This document shows, one piece after another, positions 1 through 10,516 of a stretch of 64,000 nt of DNA (the first letter of the stretch is position 1; every line of letters begins with the position of its first letter). Under the pieces are notes generated by a model. It was not told where the DNA came from. It did no database searches and worked only from the letters and a program-made list of their open reading frames with translations. Source of the stretch: an uncultured Gemmatimonadaceae bacterium. Lineage in GTDB: Bacteria; Gemmatimonadota; Gemmatimonadetes; Gemmatimonadales; Gemmatimonadaceae. The stretch lies in the NCBI GenBank assembly GCA_963716745.1, contig OY970320.1, positions 832,001 to 896,000 on the forward strand. The letters are read 5' to 3'. A program made the position numbers and the translations under genes.

Positions 1-41
1 GCCGCGTAGAAGTCCCGGAGCAGCTGCTCATTCGGATGCAC
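1..41 (-). CDS. N-terminus of probable NTF2/SnoaL-like protein (runs off left edge)
   Basis: Manual minus-strand translation from GTG at 41 gives MHPNEQLLRDFYAA, resembling typical SnoaL-like starts. Only 14 codons are visible. Confidence 0.5.
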   Translation of the reverse strand, partial: MHPNEQLLRDFYA

Positions 42-457
42 GTCGAGAAGTTGCGTTCAGTCGGCATCGCGGCGCAATGGCGGGATTCCTTGCGCCAAAG
101 GTCGCGGAGCCGGCGCCCGGCGGCGCTCCCGTTTTGCCCCCGGGAACTGCGCTACGGGAGAGACACCCTCTTGGTGGCAGTTCAGCGGGCGCGAACGGAT
201 CATGGGCCGGGACGTCTGCGGCTCACGGGCATGGAGCGCCGCGGCGGCCGGACCTTCACTTGGGCGCGGGCCGAACGACCGTGGCTTCATGCGCGCAATG
301 TCGTCCCCTGGATCACGAAGGCCGGCGGCGGGCTTCGCAGAGGCGGCGTCAGCGAGAAGCGAGAGACTCGCGCGCCGTTCGCGCGAGGCTCGAAGCGGTT
401 CGAGCTGTCCGCCGCCGGCGCGAAGCCCGCCGCCCGCCGCATTCGAGCGATGCAGCC

Positions 458-486
458 TAGACATAGTAGCGAGTATCATATATGCT
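458..486 (+). promoter_or_regulatory. sigma70-type promoter of TetR gene
   Basis: TAGACA(458-463)-17 bp-TATGCT(481-486) in an AT-rich patch 30 bp upstream of ATG 517. Confidence 0.55.
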
Positions 487-516
487 CTTCCCACTCACCA
501 CGAACCAGAGAGAGAA

Positions 517-1185
517 ATGGCCGCCGCGTCGATCTATGCACGGGAACCACAGCAGGCCCGCAGCGCGGAGACGACGCGTCGGTTGATCGACGCGGCGCAG
601 GAACTCCTCGAGACCCAAAGCTTCGACGACACGTCCGTGACCGCGATCGCGGCGCGCGCCGGCGTCACCATCGGCGCCTTCTACGCGCGCTTCGGCGACA
701 AGGCCGGCCTGTTGCGCGTGCTCGAGGCGAATCTCCACGAGGCGTTCGAGACCCTCGCCGACGAGCAGACCGTCCCGCAGAAATGGACCGGCCGCGCGAT
801 CGAGCAGGCGCTGCGCGAGCATCACGAGACGCTCGTGCGCACCTATCGCTCGCAACGCGGCGCCGCGCGCGCGCTCCTGCTCAAGGCGCAGACCGACCCT
901 GCCCTGCGCAAGCGCATCGACCGCCTCAATCAGCGGAATCTGCCGCTCATCGCGAAGGCGCTCGCGAGTCATGCGAAGATCAGCCATCCCGAAGCCGAGC
1001 GTGCGCTGCAGTTCGCGCTCCTCGCCGTGCGCTCGGTGTGCCGCGAGGTGCTGCTCTTTCACCAAGAATGGCCGGGTGGTCGAAAACTTTCTGATGCCGT
1101 CCTGGTAGAAGAGCTTACGCGCATGGTGCTTGGATATCTGGGACTGAAGAGCGCGGGAAGCGGGAAGCGGGAAGCGCCGCGATGA
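517..1185 (+). CDS. TetR/AcrR family transcriptional regulator
   Basis: HTH motif 'TRRLIDAAQELL...FDDTSVTAIAARAGVTIGAFYARFGDKAGL'. Start moved to ATG 517. Confidence 0.92.
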   Translation: MAAASIYAREPQQARSAETTRRLIDAAQELLETQSFDDTSVTAIAARAGVTIGAFYARFGDKAGLLRVLEANLHEAFETLADEQTVPQKWTGRAIEQALREHHETLVRTYRSQRGAARALLLKAQTDPALRKRIDRLNQRNLPLIAKALASHAKISHPEAERALQFALLAVRSVCREVLLFHQEWPGGRKLSDAVLVEELTRMVLGYLGLKSAGSGKREAPR

Positions 1186-1264
1186 GCGCGAACCACTCGA
1201 CGATCCCGCGCGCAGTTCTCGCATCCCGCGGCGCTTCCCACTTCCCGCTTCCCGCGTGGTTCAG
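1144..1264. repeat. Palindromic element family A variant (GGGAAGC heptamers)
   Basis: cgcGGGAAGCx3...cttcccacttcccgcttcccgcg inverted arms. Overlaps the 3' end of TetR. Confidence 0.85.
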
Positions 1265-1270
1265 CTGCGT

Positions 1271-1723
1271 ATGAGGCCCTACGATGACGCCGGTGCGTTG
1301 ATCCGCGCCGGCTACGCCGTCCTCAGCGGCAAAGCCACCGAGCCGCGCGATTGGGCGGCGTTCCGCACGTACTACGCGCCGAATGCTCGGCTGGCGCCGG
1401 TGAATGTGAACGCCGATGGATCACCCAAGCTCGAGCTATTCAGCGTTGACGATTACATCACGAGCCGCACCGAGATCCTCGCGCGAACCGATTTCTACGA
1501 GATCGAGATCGCGCGAAAGGAATGGCGCACAGGGAACGTGTCGACGGTGCTGTCGGTGTACGAATCGCGGCGCACACCCGACGGGCCGGCGTTCCAGCGG
1601 GGAGTGAACTCCGTCCTACTCTTTCACGATGGGGCGCGGTGGTGGATAACTGCCATTACGTGGGACGGCGCCTACGCGGGGTCACTTCCCGATGCGCCGG
1701 TGCCGGAGCTCAAGCACACGTAG
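1271..1723 (+). CDS. NTF2-like fold hypothetical protein
   Basis: 'DFYEIEIARKEWRTGNVSTVLSVYESR...RGVNSVLLFHDGARWWITAITWD' pattern. Confidence 0.75.
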   Translation: MRPYDDAGALIRAGYAVLSGKATEPRDWAAFRTYYAPNARLAPVNVNADGSPKLELFSVDDYITSRTEILARTDFYEIEIARKEWRTGNVSTVLSVYESRRTPDGPAFQRGVNSVLLFHDGARWWITAITWDGAYAGSLPDAPVPELKHT

Positions 1724-1724
1724 G

Positions 1725-1835
1725 ACGCGGGACTCGGGGCTCGGGACTCGCCGCGGGACTCGCTAACGACGCATAGATCCATCGCGCCGTTCTCGCGTCC
1801 CTCGGCGAGTCCCGAGTCCCGAGTCCCGCGTAGTC
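1725..1835. repeat. Palindromic element family A (GGGACTC heptamers)
   Basis: acgcGGGACTCggggctcGGGACTCgccg...cggcGAGTCCCx3gcgtagtc, between convergent stop codons. Confidence 0.9.
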
Positions 1836-3522
1836 ATGGCCGTCCCGCCCATTCCATCACCGCGCGCTCCAATTCTGGCAGCGTCACGCTCGGATCGTCG
1901 AGCACCACGGCGTGGAAGCCTCTCAGATCGAACCTCGCCCCCATCGCGCGTTCCGCTCGCGAGCGCGCGCCGGTGATCGCCAGGTCCCCAATGCCGTAGG
2001 TCGCGAGCTGGCCGGGCGTTGCGGCATGACGGTCGGCGTATGAGCTCGCCTGCGCCATCGGGCGGCCCGCGACGGCCATCATCGTGTCGATCGCCTGCGC
2101 GCGAGTCCAGCCGCGCGCGTGCATGCCGATATCGGCTTGCAGTGCGATATAGACATCCAGCCGGTGGATCAGATAGCCAAGGCGCAGCAGCGGCGTGTCG
2201 AACAGTCCGGCCTCGTCGGCCAGCTGCTCCGAGTAGATCCCCCACCCTTCCAGATACGTGCCGCTCGAGAGGAATGCGGGCGCGCCGTTCGCGGCGCGCG
2301 CTTGCGCGGCGTACACATACTGGAAGTGATGCCCGGGATACCCCTCGTGCGACGCGCCGACGCCAATGTTCATGCGCGCGATGCCGCCCGGCTGATAGGC
2401 GTTCACGAAGAAGATGGCCGGCGACGATCCATCGCGCGGTGCGGGTGAATACTGCGCGGGCGCGGCCGCCGGCGCCTGTGCCTTGCCGATCGCGCGGATG
2501 ACGATCGGGGCGTCGGGGGTCTTCGCGAATTGCAGCGGGAGCAGCTTCCGCGCCCGGTCCAACATCGTGGTGTACGCCGCCAGGATCGAATCGGGGTCGT
2601 GCATCACGAGCGACGAGTCGGTGCGCGCGCGGCGGAGGATCTCACCCAGCGTGATGTTCGGACCGAACACGATCTTCCCCACCCGAAGGATCTCGTCGCC
2701 CACTTTCACGCGCTCGGTGACCGCGATCGCGTAAATGGAATCGAGATTCGGCTGGATGGTGGTCGCGCTCCAGACGATCGCCGAATAGCACTCGGCGCCG
2801 TGCGGAAGCGACGTGAGGCCGGGCTCGGCGCGCGCGGCAGCGAGATAGTCGCTCGCGAGATAGTCGCGGTAGCGATGCAGCGCCGGCGCCACGGAGTCGG
2901 CGATCGCGCGGCGCCAGGCGGCATCGAACGCGGCGTTCGTATCGCGCGCAATGGGACCCTGGAGAGCGCGCGCGCCCGAGTCGAGCATCGCATCGAGCTG
3001 CCCGATCACGCGCTGCACGTTGGCGCGCGGCGCCGTGTAGCCCGCGGCGACGCCCGCGCGCAGGTTCTCGAGCTGGCGCCGCACCGCCTCCGGCATCCGG
3101 TTCGCGCCGTTGAGCATGTGGTTGCGCGCGGCGGGAGCGCCGAGCGGCTGGTTCGCGATCGTGGCGGCGAACTGGGCCTGGAATCCGAAGAGCTGGTCGA
3201 CATTCCAGAGACGGAAGCGGCAGACCTGCTCCGCGCGGGCCGCGCCAACGAATCCGCGCACGGCGACGAGACGGGCCCGGAGCCGGCGGTCGCTCAGCGA
3301 AGCGGGATCGATCGCGGCCAACTGCGCATCCCACGTCGCGAGCGCCGCCGAATCGGCGGCGGTCTCAGCCGCGTTCGCGACTCCCCAGAACCCATTGCCC
3401 TCTTCGTTCTCGAACCGGGCGGCGATGCTCGAGTCGACCGCGGCGAGGGCGGCGTCCTGGGCGCTGAGCGCGACAGGTGCGATGAGCAGGAGCAGGGTCA
3501 GCGAGCGCATGAGGAGGGTCAT
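1834..3522 (-). CDS. DUF885 family secreted protein (metallopeptidase-like)
   Basis: Signal peptide; HEGYPGHHFQ, EGWGIYSE and PGQLATYGIG motifs. Confidence 0.9.
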   Translation of the reverse strand: MTLLMRSLTLLLLIAPVALSAQDAALAAVDSSIAARFENEEGNGFWGVANAAETAADSAALATWDAQLAAIDPASLSDRRLRARLVAVRGFVGAARAEQVCRFRLWNVDQLFGFQAQFAATIANQPLGAPAARNHMLNGANRMPEAVRRQLENLRAGVAAGYTAPRANVQRVIGQLDAMLDSGARALQGPIARDTNAAFDAAWRRAIADSVAPALHRYRDYLASDYLAAARAEPGLTSLPHGAECYSAIVWSATTIQPNLDSIYAIAVTERVKVGDEILRVGKIVFGPNITLGEILRRARTDSSLVMHDPDSILAAYTTMLDRARKLLPLQFAKTPDAPIVIRAIGKAQAPAAAPAQYSPAPRDGSSPAIFFVNAYQPGGIARMNIGVGASHEGYPGHHFQYVYAAQARAANGAPAFLSSGTYLEGWGIYSEQLADEAGLFDTPLLRLGYLIHRLDVYIALQADIGMHARGWTRAQAIDTMMAVAGRPMAQASSYADRHAATPGQLATYGIGDLAITGARSRAERAMGARFDLRGFHAVVLDDPSVTLPELERAVMEWAGRP

Positions 3523-3553
3523 GCGTGAATATAGTACTCAATGCTATCATTTT

Positions 3554-3668
3554 ACAAGCGCGGGACTCGGGGCTCGGGACTCGCCGCGGGATTCGAGAAC
3601 GGCGCGTGAATCAATCGCGCAGTATTCGCGTCCCGCGGCGAGTCCCGAGTCCCGAATCCCGCGTAGTT
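3554..3668. repeat. Palindromic element family A
   Basis: Same arms as 1725-1835. The right end GTAGTT overlaps the minus-strand TAA at 3667-3669. Confidence 0.9.
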
Positions 3669-4228
3669 AATGCGGCCAAAGCCAAACGAACGTCAGCCCC
3701 ACGATCAGCGAGTAGATGATCCCGTCGAACGTGCTCGTGAGCGTGATCCGCATCGACCGGCGATACCAGATCGTCAGCTGCCAGAGCGCGAGCACGTAGC
3801 CGGCGAACGCGACGATGAACGCCGAGTGGAAGATCAGCTTGCTCGTCGCCGCCCGGGCCCACTAGCGTGCCGGCAATGTGCGCCGCGAACAGCGCCACCA
3901 CGAGCTGATAGATGAACCACTGGCCGAGCAGCTTCCCCATGTTGTCCATCATGCCCTTGTAGACGGTCATGATCAGCACCGGACCACGCTCGGCCTTCGC
4001 CTTGAATTCCGGCGTCTTCATGTCCGCCATGCTGCCGGGGCGCGGCAGCATGTAATCGCCGGGCGCCAGGTTGAACGGACGCAGCGCATCCATGATCGCG
4101 TCCTGGTTGGGCAGCTGCGGGTAGTCGCCCTTATGCCAGGGCAGCACCATGTGGATCAGCGAGCTCGCGATGAACGCGAACACGGTGGAGACGATGATCG
4201 GGAGCCAGAGGGACATGATCGGGGTCAT
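3667..4228 (-). CDS. Conserved membrane protein (frameshift near 3845)
   Basis: Hydrophobic ORF 'LWLPIIVSTVFAFIASSLIHMVLPWHKGDY'. The C-terminus continues in another frame to ...WLWPH-TAA. Confidence 0.75.
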
Positions 4229-4348
4229 CAGCTACCTCGCAGGTTGAGCGTTCCTCGTGCGTCGTTCCTCGCACTGCGGCTATCGGTGTTTGTTCGGGAT
4301 GTGGCCGAGTGGCTATGATACTATAGTAGACCGGCCGAATTCGTCAAA

Positions 4349-4807
4349 TCAGCGCTTCCGCAGCTTGGACTTCGGGTTCAGCATGTGCTCGACGAAGACG
4401 TCCACCGGGATCGCTCCGATCGCCTCCTTGATGGACGGCAGGTCGAGGTCGTCCAGGGTTTTGAAGTGGATGCAGCACTTCCCCATGTTGAGCCGCTTCC
4501 CCGCCCGCTTGAATCCCTGCTGGAGCGTCTTGAGCGCCGGCTCGTGTCCGTACGCGCTCATCAGGTAGAGCGTCGCGTTCTTGTTATGCCCCGAGAGCGC
4601 GGCGTACAGGAGCGGCTTCCCGTTATAGGTCTTGGGACAGACCGAGAGCGGCACCGACCAGGCGATCATCCCCCATTCCATCATTTCTTTGTAGCCCTTC
4701 GGGATCGCCTTCTTCACGATCGCGCGGGCCGCAGACACGACCTTGCGGCGTTCGGGGGGCAGCTCCTTCAGATACGCGGCGGGGGAAGCGGCAGTGCTAC
4801 GGTCCAT
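4349..4807 (-). CDS. DUF1801 domain protein
   Basis: 'IPKGYKEMMEWGMIAWSVPL...YNGKPL.YAAL...LNMGKCCIHFK'. Confidence 0.85.
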   Translation of the reverse strand: MDRSTAASPAAYLKELPPERRKVVSAARAIVKKAIPKGYKEMMEWGMIAWSVPLSVCPKTYNGKPLLYAALSGHNKNATLYLMSAYGHEPALKTLQQGFKRAGKRLNMGKCCIHFKTLDDLDLPSIKEAIGAIPVDVFVEHMLNPKSKLRKR

Positions 4808-4816
4808 GAGCTGCCT

Positions 4817-4841
4817 CGGGGATCGGGAGTCGGGAGTCGTT
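4817..4841. repeat. Family A half/degenerate heptamer run
   Basis: cggggatcgggagtcgggagtcgtt. Confidence 0.55.
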
Positions 4842-4846
4842 AGCGC

Positions 4847-6152
4847 TCAGCCTGAATCACGCAGCGCGTCCGCCACCTCGCCGGCGAGCTGCCGGCGGCG
4901 CGCGGTGAGGCGGCCAATACTATCGCCCCGGAAAGTGCGCAACCAGAGCGCGCGCGTCCACTCCAACACGCCGTCCGCCAGCTCACCATAGCGAAGCGCG
5001 ATGTAGCCGGTGAGCGCCGCGACCGCGAATGCGGGCACGAGCCACACCCAACCGAACAGCACGCCGACCACGATCGACTCCGCGATCCACGCGCCCCCAA
5101 TGAACACGACGCCCGACAGCAATTTCACTGTGCCGAGCACGTCGTCGCTCTCGGCATTCCGCTCGGCGACGAGTCCCGCGAGACGGTACGGCACCCAGCC
5201 GAGGATCACGCCAATGTCGGCGAGCGGCAACAGCACGATCAGCTTCATGACGGCCCACGCAAACGTCGTGTATCGCACGGGCTCCAATTCGAGCGACCAC
5301 GGATCGCGCACGCCCATGCGCCGCAGCATGCGCGCATAATCGCGCGCGTCCCTGGCGATGCGGTCCACTCTCACCGGATCGTTCGCGCTCACGCGCCGGT
5401 ACGCATCGGCCAGCCGGTGCGCACGTCGGTGACGCGCTGCCGGATCCTGCGCGTCACCGTCGACGGCGGTCCACGCAGCCACGAGCGCCACACCCTCGAG
5501 GAGTTCGCGCGACTCGGCCTGCAGCACCACGTCGTCGAGGTGCTCGCGGATGACCTCGGTGAGTTCGTTCACGGCCGCGCGCTCGTCGCGCGCGATACTC
5601 GGCGAGCCGCGGCGCGACGGCGATCGGCTCGCCCACCACTAACAATACGCTGGAGCGGAAGGTCACCTTGTTGTCGAAGTGCAATCCGATCGGGATGACG
5701 ATCAGTCCGCGGTGCGACTCGGCCTCGGCCGAGAGCGCGATGCGCGCGGCGCCGGTCTTGAGCTCCCGCAGAGCAGGATCGGAGTGCGACGTGCCCTCCG
5801 GGAAGAGCGCGACCGCGCCATCGCGCGCGATCTCGGCGCGGCAGAGCGCGAAACTCTCTTCGTTGCGCGACGCGTCGCCGGAGCGATCGCCCGATTCATG
5901 CGCGCGATACACCGGGATCGTGCCGAACGCGCGCATGCCCGCGCGGCCGATCGGGTTGTCGAAGAAGGTGCTTTTCGCGAGGAATCGCACGGGCCGCCCG
6001 GTCGCGATGCGCACGACGATCGGATCGAGCAGGCCGTTCGGATGATTGACCACGAAGAGCACCGGACCCGCAGCGGGAAGGCGCTCGGCGTTCTCGACGG
6101 TGCGCGTTGGGTAGTAGAGGCGCACGAGCGCTTCGAAGAGGGCGGCGATCAT
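4847..6152 (-). CDS. PlsC-type phospholipid/glycerol acyltransferase with C-terminal membrane helices (frameshift near 5585)
   Basis: NHPNGLLD (HX4D), FLAK and FPEGTS motifs. Joins ORFs 5454-6152 and 4847-5572. Confidence 0.85.
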
Positions 6153-6154
6153 TG

Positions 6155-6269
6155 AACTACGCGGGACTCGGCACTCGGGACTCGCCGCGGGATTCGAGAA
6201 CGGCGCGCGCGCCCATCGCGCATTTCTCGCGCCCCGCGGCGAGTCCCGAGTCCCGAGTCCCGCGCACTT
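6155..6269. repeat. Palindromic element family A
   Basis: AACTACgcgggactc...gagtcccx3gcgcactt. Confidence 0.9.
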
Positions 6270-6272
6270 GGT

Positions 6273-7048
6273 TCACCGGTAGATCTTCCACACGACCTCA
6301 CGCGGCAGCAGCACCGTCTTGCTCAGGTCATAGCGCGATTCCGCCCACGCAATGAGTTTCGGCAGCGTCTCGGCCTGAACGGCCGGCGGTACGTTCCACG
6401 TGTAGGAGCACTTGCCGGTCACGATGCGCGAGAGGAATTCCGAGAGCGGCATGCTGAAATCGCCGGCGAAGCGGCGCTCGGCGGATTTCTATGAAGTGGA
6501 GCTTCGCGAGTTCGGCTTCCACTTGTGCCTCCGTGCGCGCGCCGGGATGGAACGGATCGACGACGCCGGCCGCCTCGAAGAGTTCGCGGGCCTTCTCGCG
6601 CATCTCGAGCCATTCCTCGTCGGGCGCGCCGTTGCCCCATTCGTGCAAGAGCGGCGCGCCGGGCTTCAATACGCGCCGGATCTCGGTGAGCACATCGCGC
6701 CAATCGGGCATCACGTAGAGGAGGCGCGCGATGAGTACCGCGTCGAAATGCGCGGCGTCGAATGGGAGTCTCGCACCTTCGCCGCGAAGCACCGTGACCG
6801 GCAGCGCGCCGGCCTTCTCGCGAAGCACCTGAAGCATCCCGTCCGCCGGCTCAACGGCAGTGACACGGAATCCGAGTCCGGCGAAGGGGATCGCGACACG
6901 GCCGGTGCCCTGCCCCGACCTCGAGCACTTCGGCGCCTTTCGCGACTCCGGCGGCACTCGCGAGCTCGCTCGCGTTGGCGATCGAGAGGCCGCCATGCCG
7001 CCCGTCATACGACGCGGCCGCCGGAGAGAAATCAACGCGCGCAGGCAT
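6273..7048 (-). CDS. Class I SAM-dependent methyltransferase (frameshifts near 6905 and 6480)
   Basis: VLEVGAG/TGRVAIP, AVEPADGML and LPFDAAHFDAV motifs. Ends ...VVWKIYR-TGA at 6273. Confidence 0.8.
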
Positions 7049-7063
7049 TTGCAGTTTGCTGTA

Positions 7064-7095
7064 CCCGAGTCCCGAGTCCCGAATCCCGAGAAGTT
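7064..7095. repeat. Family A right half
   Basis: cccgagtcccgagtcccgaatcccgagaaGTT. The GTT overlaps the minus-strand TAA at 7094-7096. Confidence 0.75.
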
Positions 7096-7573
7096 AGTGG
7101 CCGATCGGCGGACCGTCGTTCCATATATCAACCGTACAGCGCCATTGACCGTCGGCATCGACGCGCCAGAAGGAGACGCCGCGCGATGCGAAAGTCGCCG
7201 TCTTGCCGTCGGCAGCCTTCATAGTGGCGGTCTGAACGCCGGTCATGTACGCGGTCTTGCCGTCGGGGGAGAAGACGGGCTTGTCCGATTTCCAGGTAAT
7301 GCTGAAGCCCGGCACTTTCATCGCGCCGGCGATATAGGATTTGATGGCAGCCTTGCCCACGTACGCCGGCTCGCCGGGTGGGATCACGATTGCGTCATCG
7401 CTCCAGTAGGAGACGATCGCATCGGCATCTTTTCCGGCGAAGGCTGTCGCGGCCCAGGTGGAATCGCGCGCGAGCAAGGCTTTGCCGAGGGCGACGGTGT
7501 CGATCGGGGCGGCGGGGGGAGTGCAGGCGGCGAGGGCGAGCGCGATCATCGCGGCGGAAAAGCACTGCTTCAT
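7094..7573 (-). CDS. YybH/DUF4440 (SnoaL-like) lipoprotein
   Basis: Lipobox LAAC; 'YWSDDAIVIPPGEPAYVGKAAI...FWRVDADGQWRCTVDIWN'. Confidence 0.85.
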   Translation of the reverse strand: MKQCFSAAMIALALAACTPPAAPIDTVALGKALLARDSTWAATAFAGKDADAIVSYWSDDAIVIPPGEPAYVGKAAIKSYIAGAMKVPGFSITWKSDKPVFSPDGKTAYMTGVQTATMKAADGKTATFASRGVSFWRVDADGQWRCTVDIWNDGPPIGH

Positions 7574-7611
7574 GTGGGGCCTCAGGAGAGAGTGTTCGAG
7601 GTTGGGAAGGC

Positions 7612-7793
7612 TGCAGTGATCAGTAAACAGTCCCTGAGTAACCGCCAGTCGACAGTCTACAGTCAACAGGTCACAGAAAACGGATCGCGATCTGGCGCGC
7701 CTCCGTTCTCCGAATCGTGATCCGCTTTCTGTTGGCTGTAGACTGTAGACTGTCGACTGGCAGTCACTCGAGGACTGTTTACTGTTGACTGCA
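7612..7793. repeat. Palindromic element family B (ACAGTC[A/T/G] heptamers)
   Basis: gccagtcgacagtctacagtcaacag...ctgtagactgtagactgtcgactggc. Homologous to 15828-16100 and 18699-18980. Confidence 0.9.
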
Positions 7794-7832
7794 ACTCAGT
7801 CGCACACGGGTGATGATGGTCGCAGTCCGAGG

Positions 7833-10439
7833 TTACGGCTTCACCACCCGACTCAACCACGAATCTCCATGATACTCTCGCTGCAATAACGTCGCCCGCT
7901 TCAGATCGCGCGACACCGTGACCTCCGCCGCACGCACCGGGATCGTGCCGAGCGACCGCATCGCAGCGGGACCGGATACGTCATAGATCGCATTCGTCTC
8001 CGTCGTCGGCCATGCGTGCAGTGCGAAAGCGCCGCCATCGAGTGCCGTGAGGTCGAGGCCCTCCGAGAATGCCCCGCCCCATCGCACGGGCGTGCCACCG
8101 TCCACCGATACGACCGCGACTCCGGCGGTGTCGAACGTACCATTGTTCCAGCCGCCCATCGCGAGGTGCGTCCCGTCCGCGCTCACGCTCAGTCGGGTCA
8201 CCTGGCCGAACCAGGTCGGCAGCTTGATCTCCTTGGTCCCGCCGCCGCGCATGATCATCACGCGGTCCCCTGTGGCCGGGATATAGGCCCAGCCATCGGG
8301 CAGCGCGGCGACGCTCCGGTAGATGGAATCGGGAAGGTCGACCGATCTCAATACGGCGCCTGTGCGCACATCCGTGACCGCTACGTGAGATCCGGTGGGG
8401 CTTTGCGTACGCACGACGATCGATATGGAGTCCACCCAATCCCACTGCATTGGCGTGCCCTGCGTGCTCACCGGTGTTTCGCTGCCGCCTTCGAATGGCA
8501 TGACGCTCAAGCGCCGCTCCGACGCGCCGGTGCTCGACGGCATGAGGCGCGCCACGAGGATCCGCGTACCGTTCGGTGAGATGTCCGGATATACCGTGTT
8601 GGAGGACTTCGCGAATCGCTTGCTCTCGGCGAGCCGCCCCTTGAGCAGATCGGCGAGATCGAGCGCCCATGCCGAGCTCTCGGTGGTCCCCTCGTCGATC
8701 ACGATCGAGCCGCCGTCGGCGGTGACGGTGAAATTGTTGAACCGCCCCGCATACAACGTGTCCTGGCGCGTCGCGAGCCTTCCGCTCGACGGATCGAGTC
8801 CCACGCGCACGATCGATTCGAAGCCTTGCCCCAAGCGCGTGAGCCAGAGCGCGCCGTTGCTGAGCACGCCGGGACAGGTGCACGAATTGAGCACTTTGTC
8901 GGCGACTGTCCCGTTCCGGTCCATCACCTGCCAGAGCCCGTGGCCGCGTTGAATGATGAGCGCCACGATCCAATTGCCGTCGGGCGAGACGCTGAGCCCC
9001 GAGATCCCCGTGCCGAGCCCCGCGACGTGGATGCTGTCGTGCACGATGCCGCTGAGCGATGCGACGCGAATGAAGTGGATGGAGTCGACGCTCGCGGACG
9101 GCGGCGTGATCAGCAGTGAATCGCCGCCGGCCCAGAAGGTGGCGGTGCCGGGCGTGAGGAACACCGGCGGCCCGCCGAGCGCGGAGAGCAGGTAGAAGCC
9201 GTAGCGCCCGTTGAAGGAGCCGGCGAAGATGAGCCCGCGGCGGTCGCGGCTCCACTCGAGGTAGAACAGCGATGTGGCGCCATCCAGGATCCGGTGCGTG
9301 CTCGTGCCGCCGACGTCCTGCACATCCACGGAGTACGTGCACGTGGCGGGCGTACAATTCTGTGTCACGAAGGCGAGCTGCTTGCCGTCGGAGGAGATCG
9401 CGGAGCCGATGGAATTCCCCGAGTACGTGAGCTGCGTGCGGTCGCGCAGGGCGAAGTTGGCGCCGTGATGGCCGAACTTGCCCATGGCGAAGACGACGAT
9501 GAGCGCGGCGACAACGGCGCCGCCGATGGCCGCGGCGATCGTGAGCACGCGCGAGCGCGCGGCCGCCGCCGGCGCCGGCGCCGCGGAGGCGACCGCACCG
9601 GTCTCGTGCTTGATCTCGAGGGCCTTGGCGAACTCGCCGGCGCTCGGGAAGCGGTCGGCGGGCGTCTTGTCGAGCGCTTTGGCGACTGCGGCGTCGATGT
9701 TCAGTGGCACGGACTCTCGCACCACTCGGAGATGCGTCGGACGCTCCATCATGAGCTTCGCGATCATCGCCTGCGCGCTCGGCCCGGTCACCGGCGGTTC
9801 GCCGGCGAGCATCTCGTAGAGGACCGCGGCGAGCGAATAGACATCGCTGCGCGCGTCCAGCGTGCGGTCGCCGGTGGCCTGTTCGGGGGACATGTACTGG
9901 GGCGTGCCGAGCGAGAGTCCGGTCTCGGTGAGGCGATTGCCGCCGGCTTCCTTCACGGCGAGGGCGATGCCGAAGTCGGCGAGCATCGCCTCCCCTTCCT
10001 GCAGGAGGATGTTCTCCGGCTTGATGTCGCGGTGGACCACGCCGTGGCGGTGCGCATAATCGAGCGCGCTCGCGATCTGGCGCGTGATCGTGATCGCTTC
10101 CTCCAGGCCGAGCTGCTTGTCGCGGTTGAGTTTCTCGCGCAGCGACTCGCCGCGGACGTACGGGAGCACATAGTAGAAGAAGCTGTCGGCGACGCCCGAA
10201 TCGATGAGCGTCAGGATGTGCGGATGATCGAGCCGCGCCGTGATCTTGATCTCGGCGAGGAAGCGATCGGAGCCGAGGACGGCGCCGAGCTCGGGGCGGA
10301 GGATCTTGAGTGCGACCTCGCGCTCGTGCTTGAGGTCGAACGCGAGATAGACCGTGGCCATGCCGCCGGATCCGATCTCGCGCTCGAGGCGGTAGCGATC
10401 GGAAAGGGCGGATTGGAGGCGAGCGGGGGCGTCGAGCAT
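7833..10439 (-). CDS. Hanks-type Ser/Thr protein kinase with TM helix and C-terminal TolB-like beta-propeller
   Basis: GSGGMATVY, VALK, HRDIKPEN, DFG and GTPQYMSPEQ motifs; TM segment; SPDG repeats. Confidence 0.95.
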   Translation of the reverse strand: MLDAPARLQSALSDRYRLEREIGSGGMATVYLAFDLKHEREVALKILRPELGAVLGSDRFLAEIKITARLDHPHILTLIDSGVADSFFYYVLPYVRGESLREKLNRDKQLGLEEAITITRQIASALDYAHRHGVVHRDIKPENILLQEGEAMLADFGIALAVKEAGGNRLTETGLSLGTPQYMSPEQATGDRTLDARSDVYSLAAVLYEMLAGEPPVTGPSAQAMIAKLMMERPTHLRVVRESVPLNIDAAVAKALDKTPADRFPSAGEFAKALEIKHETGAVASAAPAPAAAARSRVLTIAAAIGGAVVAALIVVFAMGKFGHHGANFALRDRTQLTYSGNSIGSAISSDGKQLAFVTQNCTPATCTYSVDVQDVGGTSTHRILDGATSLFYLEWSRDRRGLIFAGSFNGRYGFYLLSALGGPPVFLTPGTATFWAGGDSLLITPPSASVDSIHFIRVASLSGIVHDSIHVAGLGTGISGLSVSPDGNWIVALIIQRGHGLWQVMDRNGTVADKVLNSCTCPGVLSNGALWLTRLGQGFESIVRVGLDPSSGRLATRQDTLYAGRFNNFTVTADGGSIVIDEGTTESSAWALDLADLLKGRLAESKRFAKSSNTVYPDISPNGTRILVARLMPSSTGASERRLSVMPFEGGSETPVSTQGTPMQWDWVDSISIVVRTQSPTGSHVAVTDVRTGAVLRSVDLPDSIYRSVAALPDGWAYIPATGDRVMIMRGGGTKEIKLPTWFGQVTRLSVSADGTHLAMGGWNNGTFDTAGVAVVSVDGGTPVRWGGAFSEGLDLTALDGGAFALHAWPTTETNAIYDVSGPAAMRSLGTIPVRAAEVTVSRDLKRATLLQREYHGDSWLSRVVKP

Positions 10440-10516
10440 GCACCACTCCGAAAAAGGGGGTTATCGCGAGGGGAAGATAGCGGTTCCATTCGCGACTGGC
10501 GAGCGGGGAACGCGCC

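Noticed and set aside
57..494. CDS upstream of TetR on the minus strand
   Set aside because: No recognisable motif and it overlaps the TetR promoter, so I cannot support it from sequence alone.
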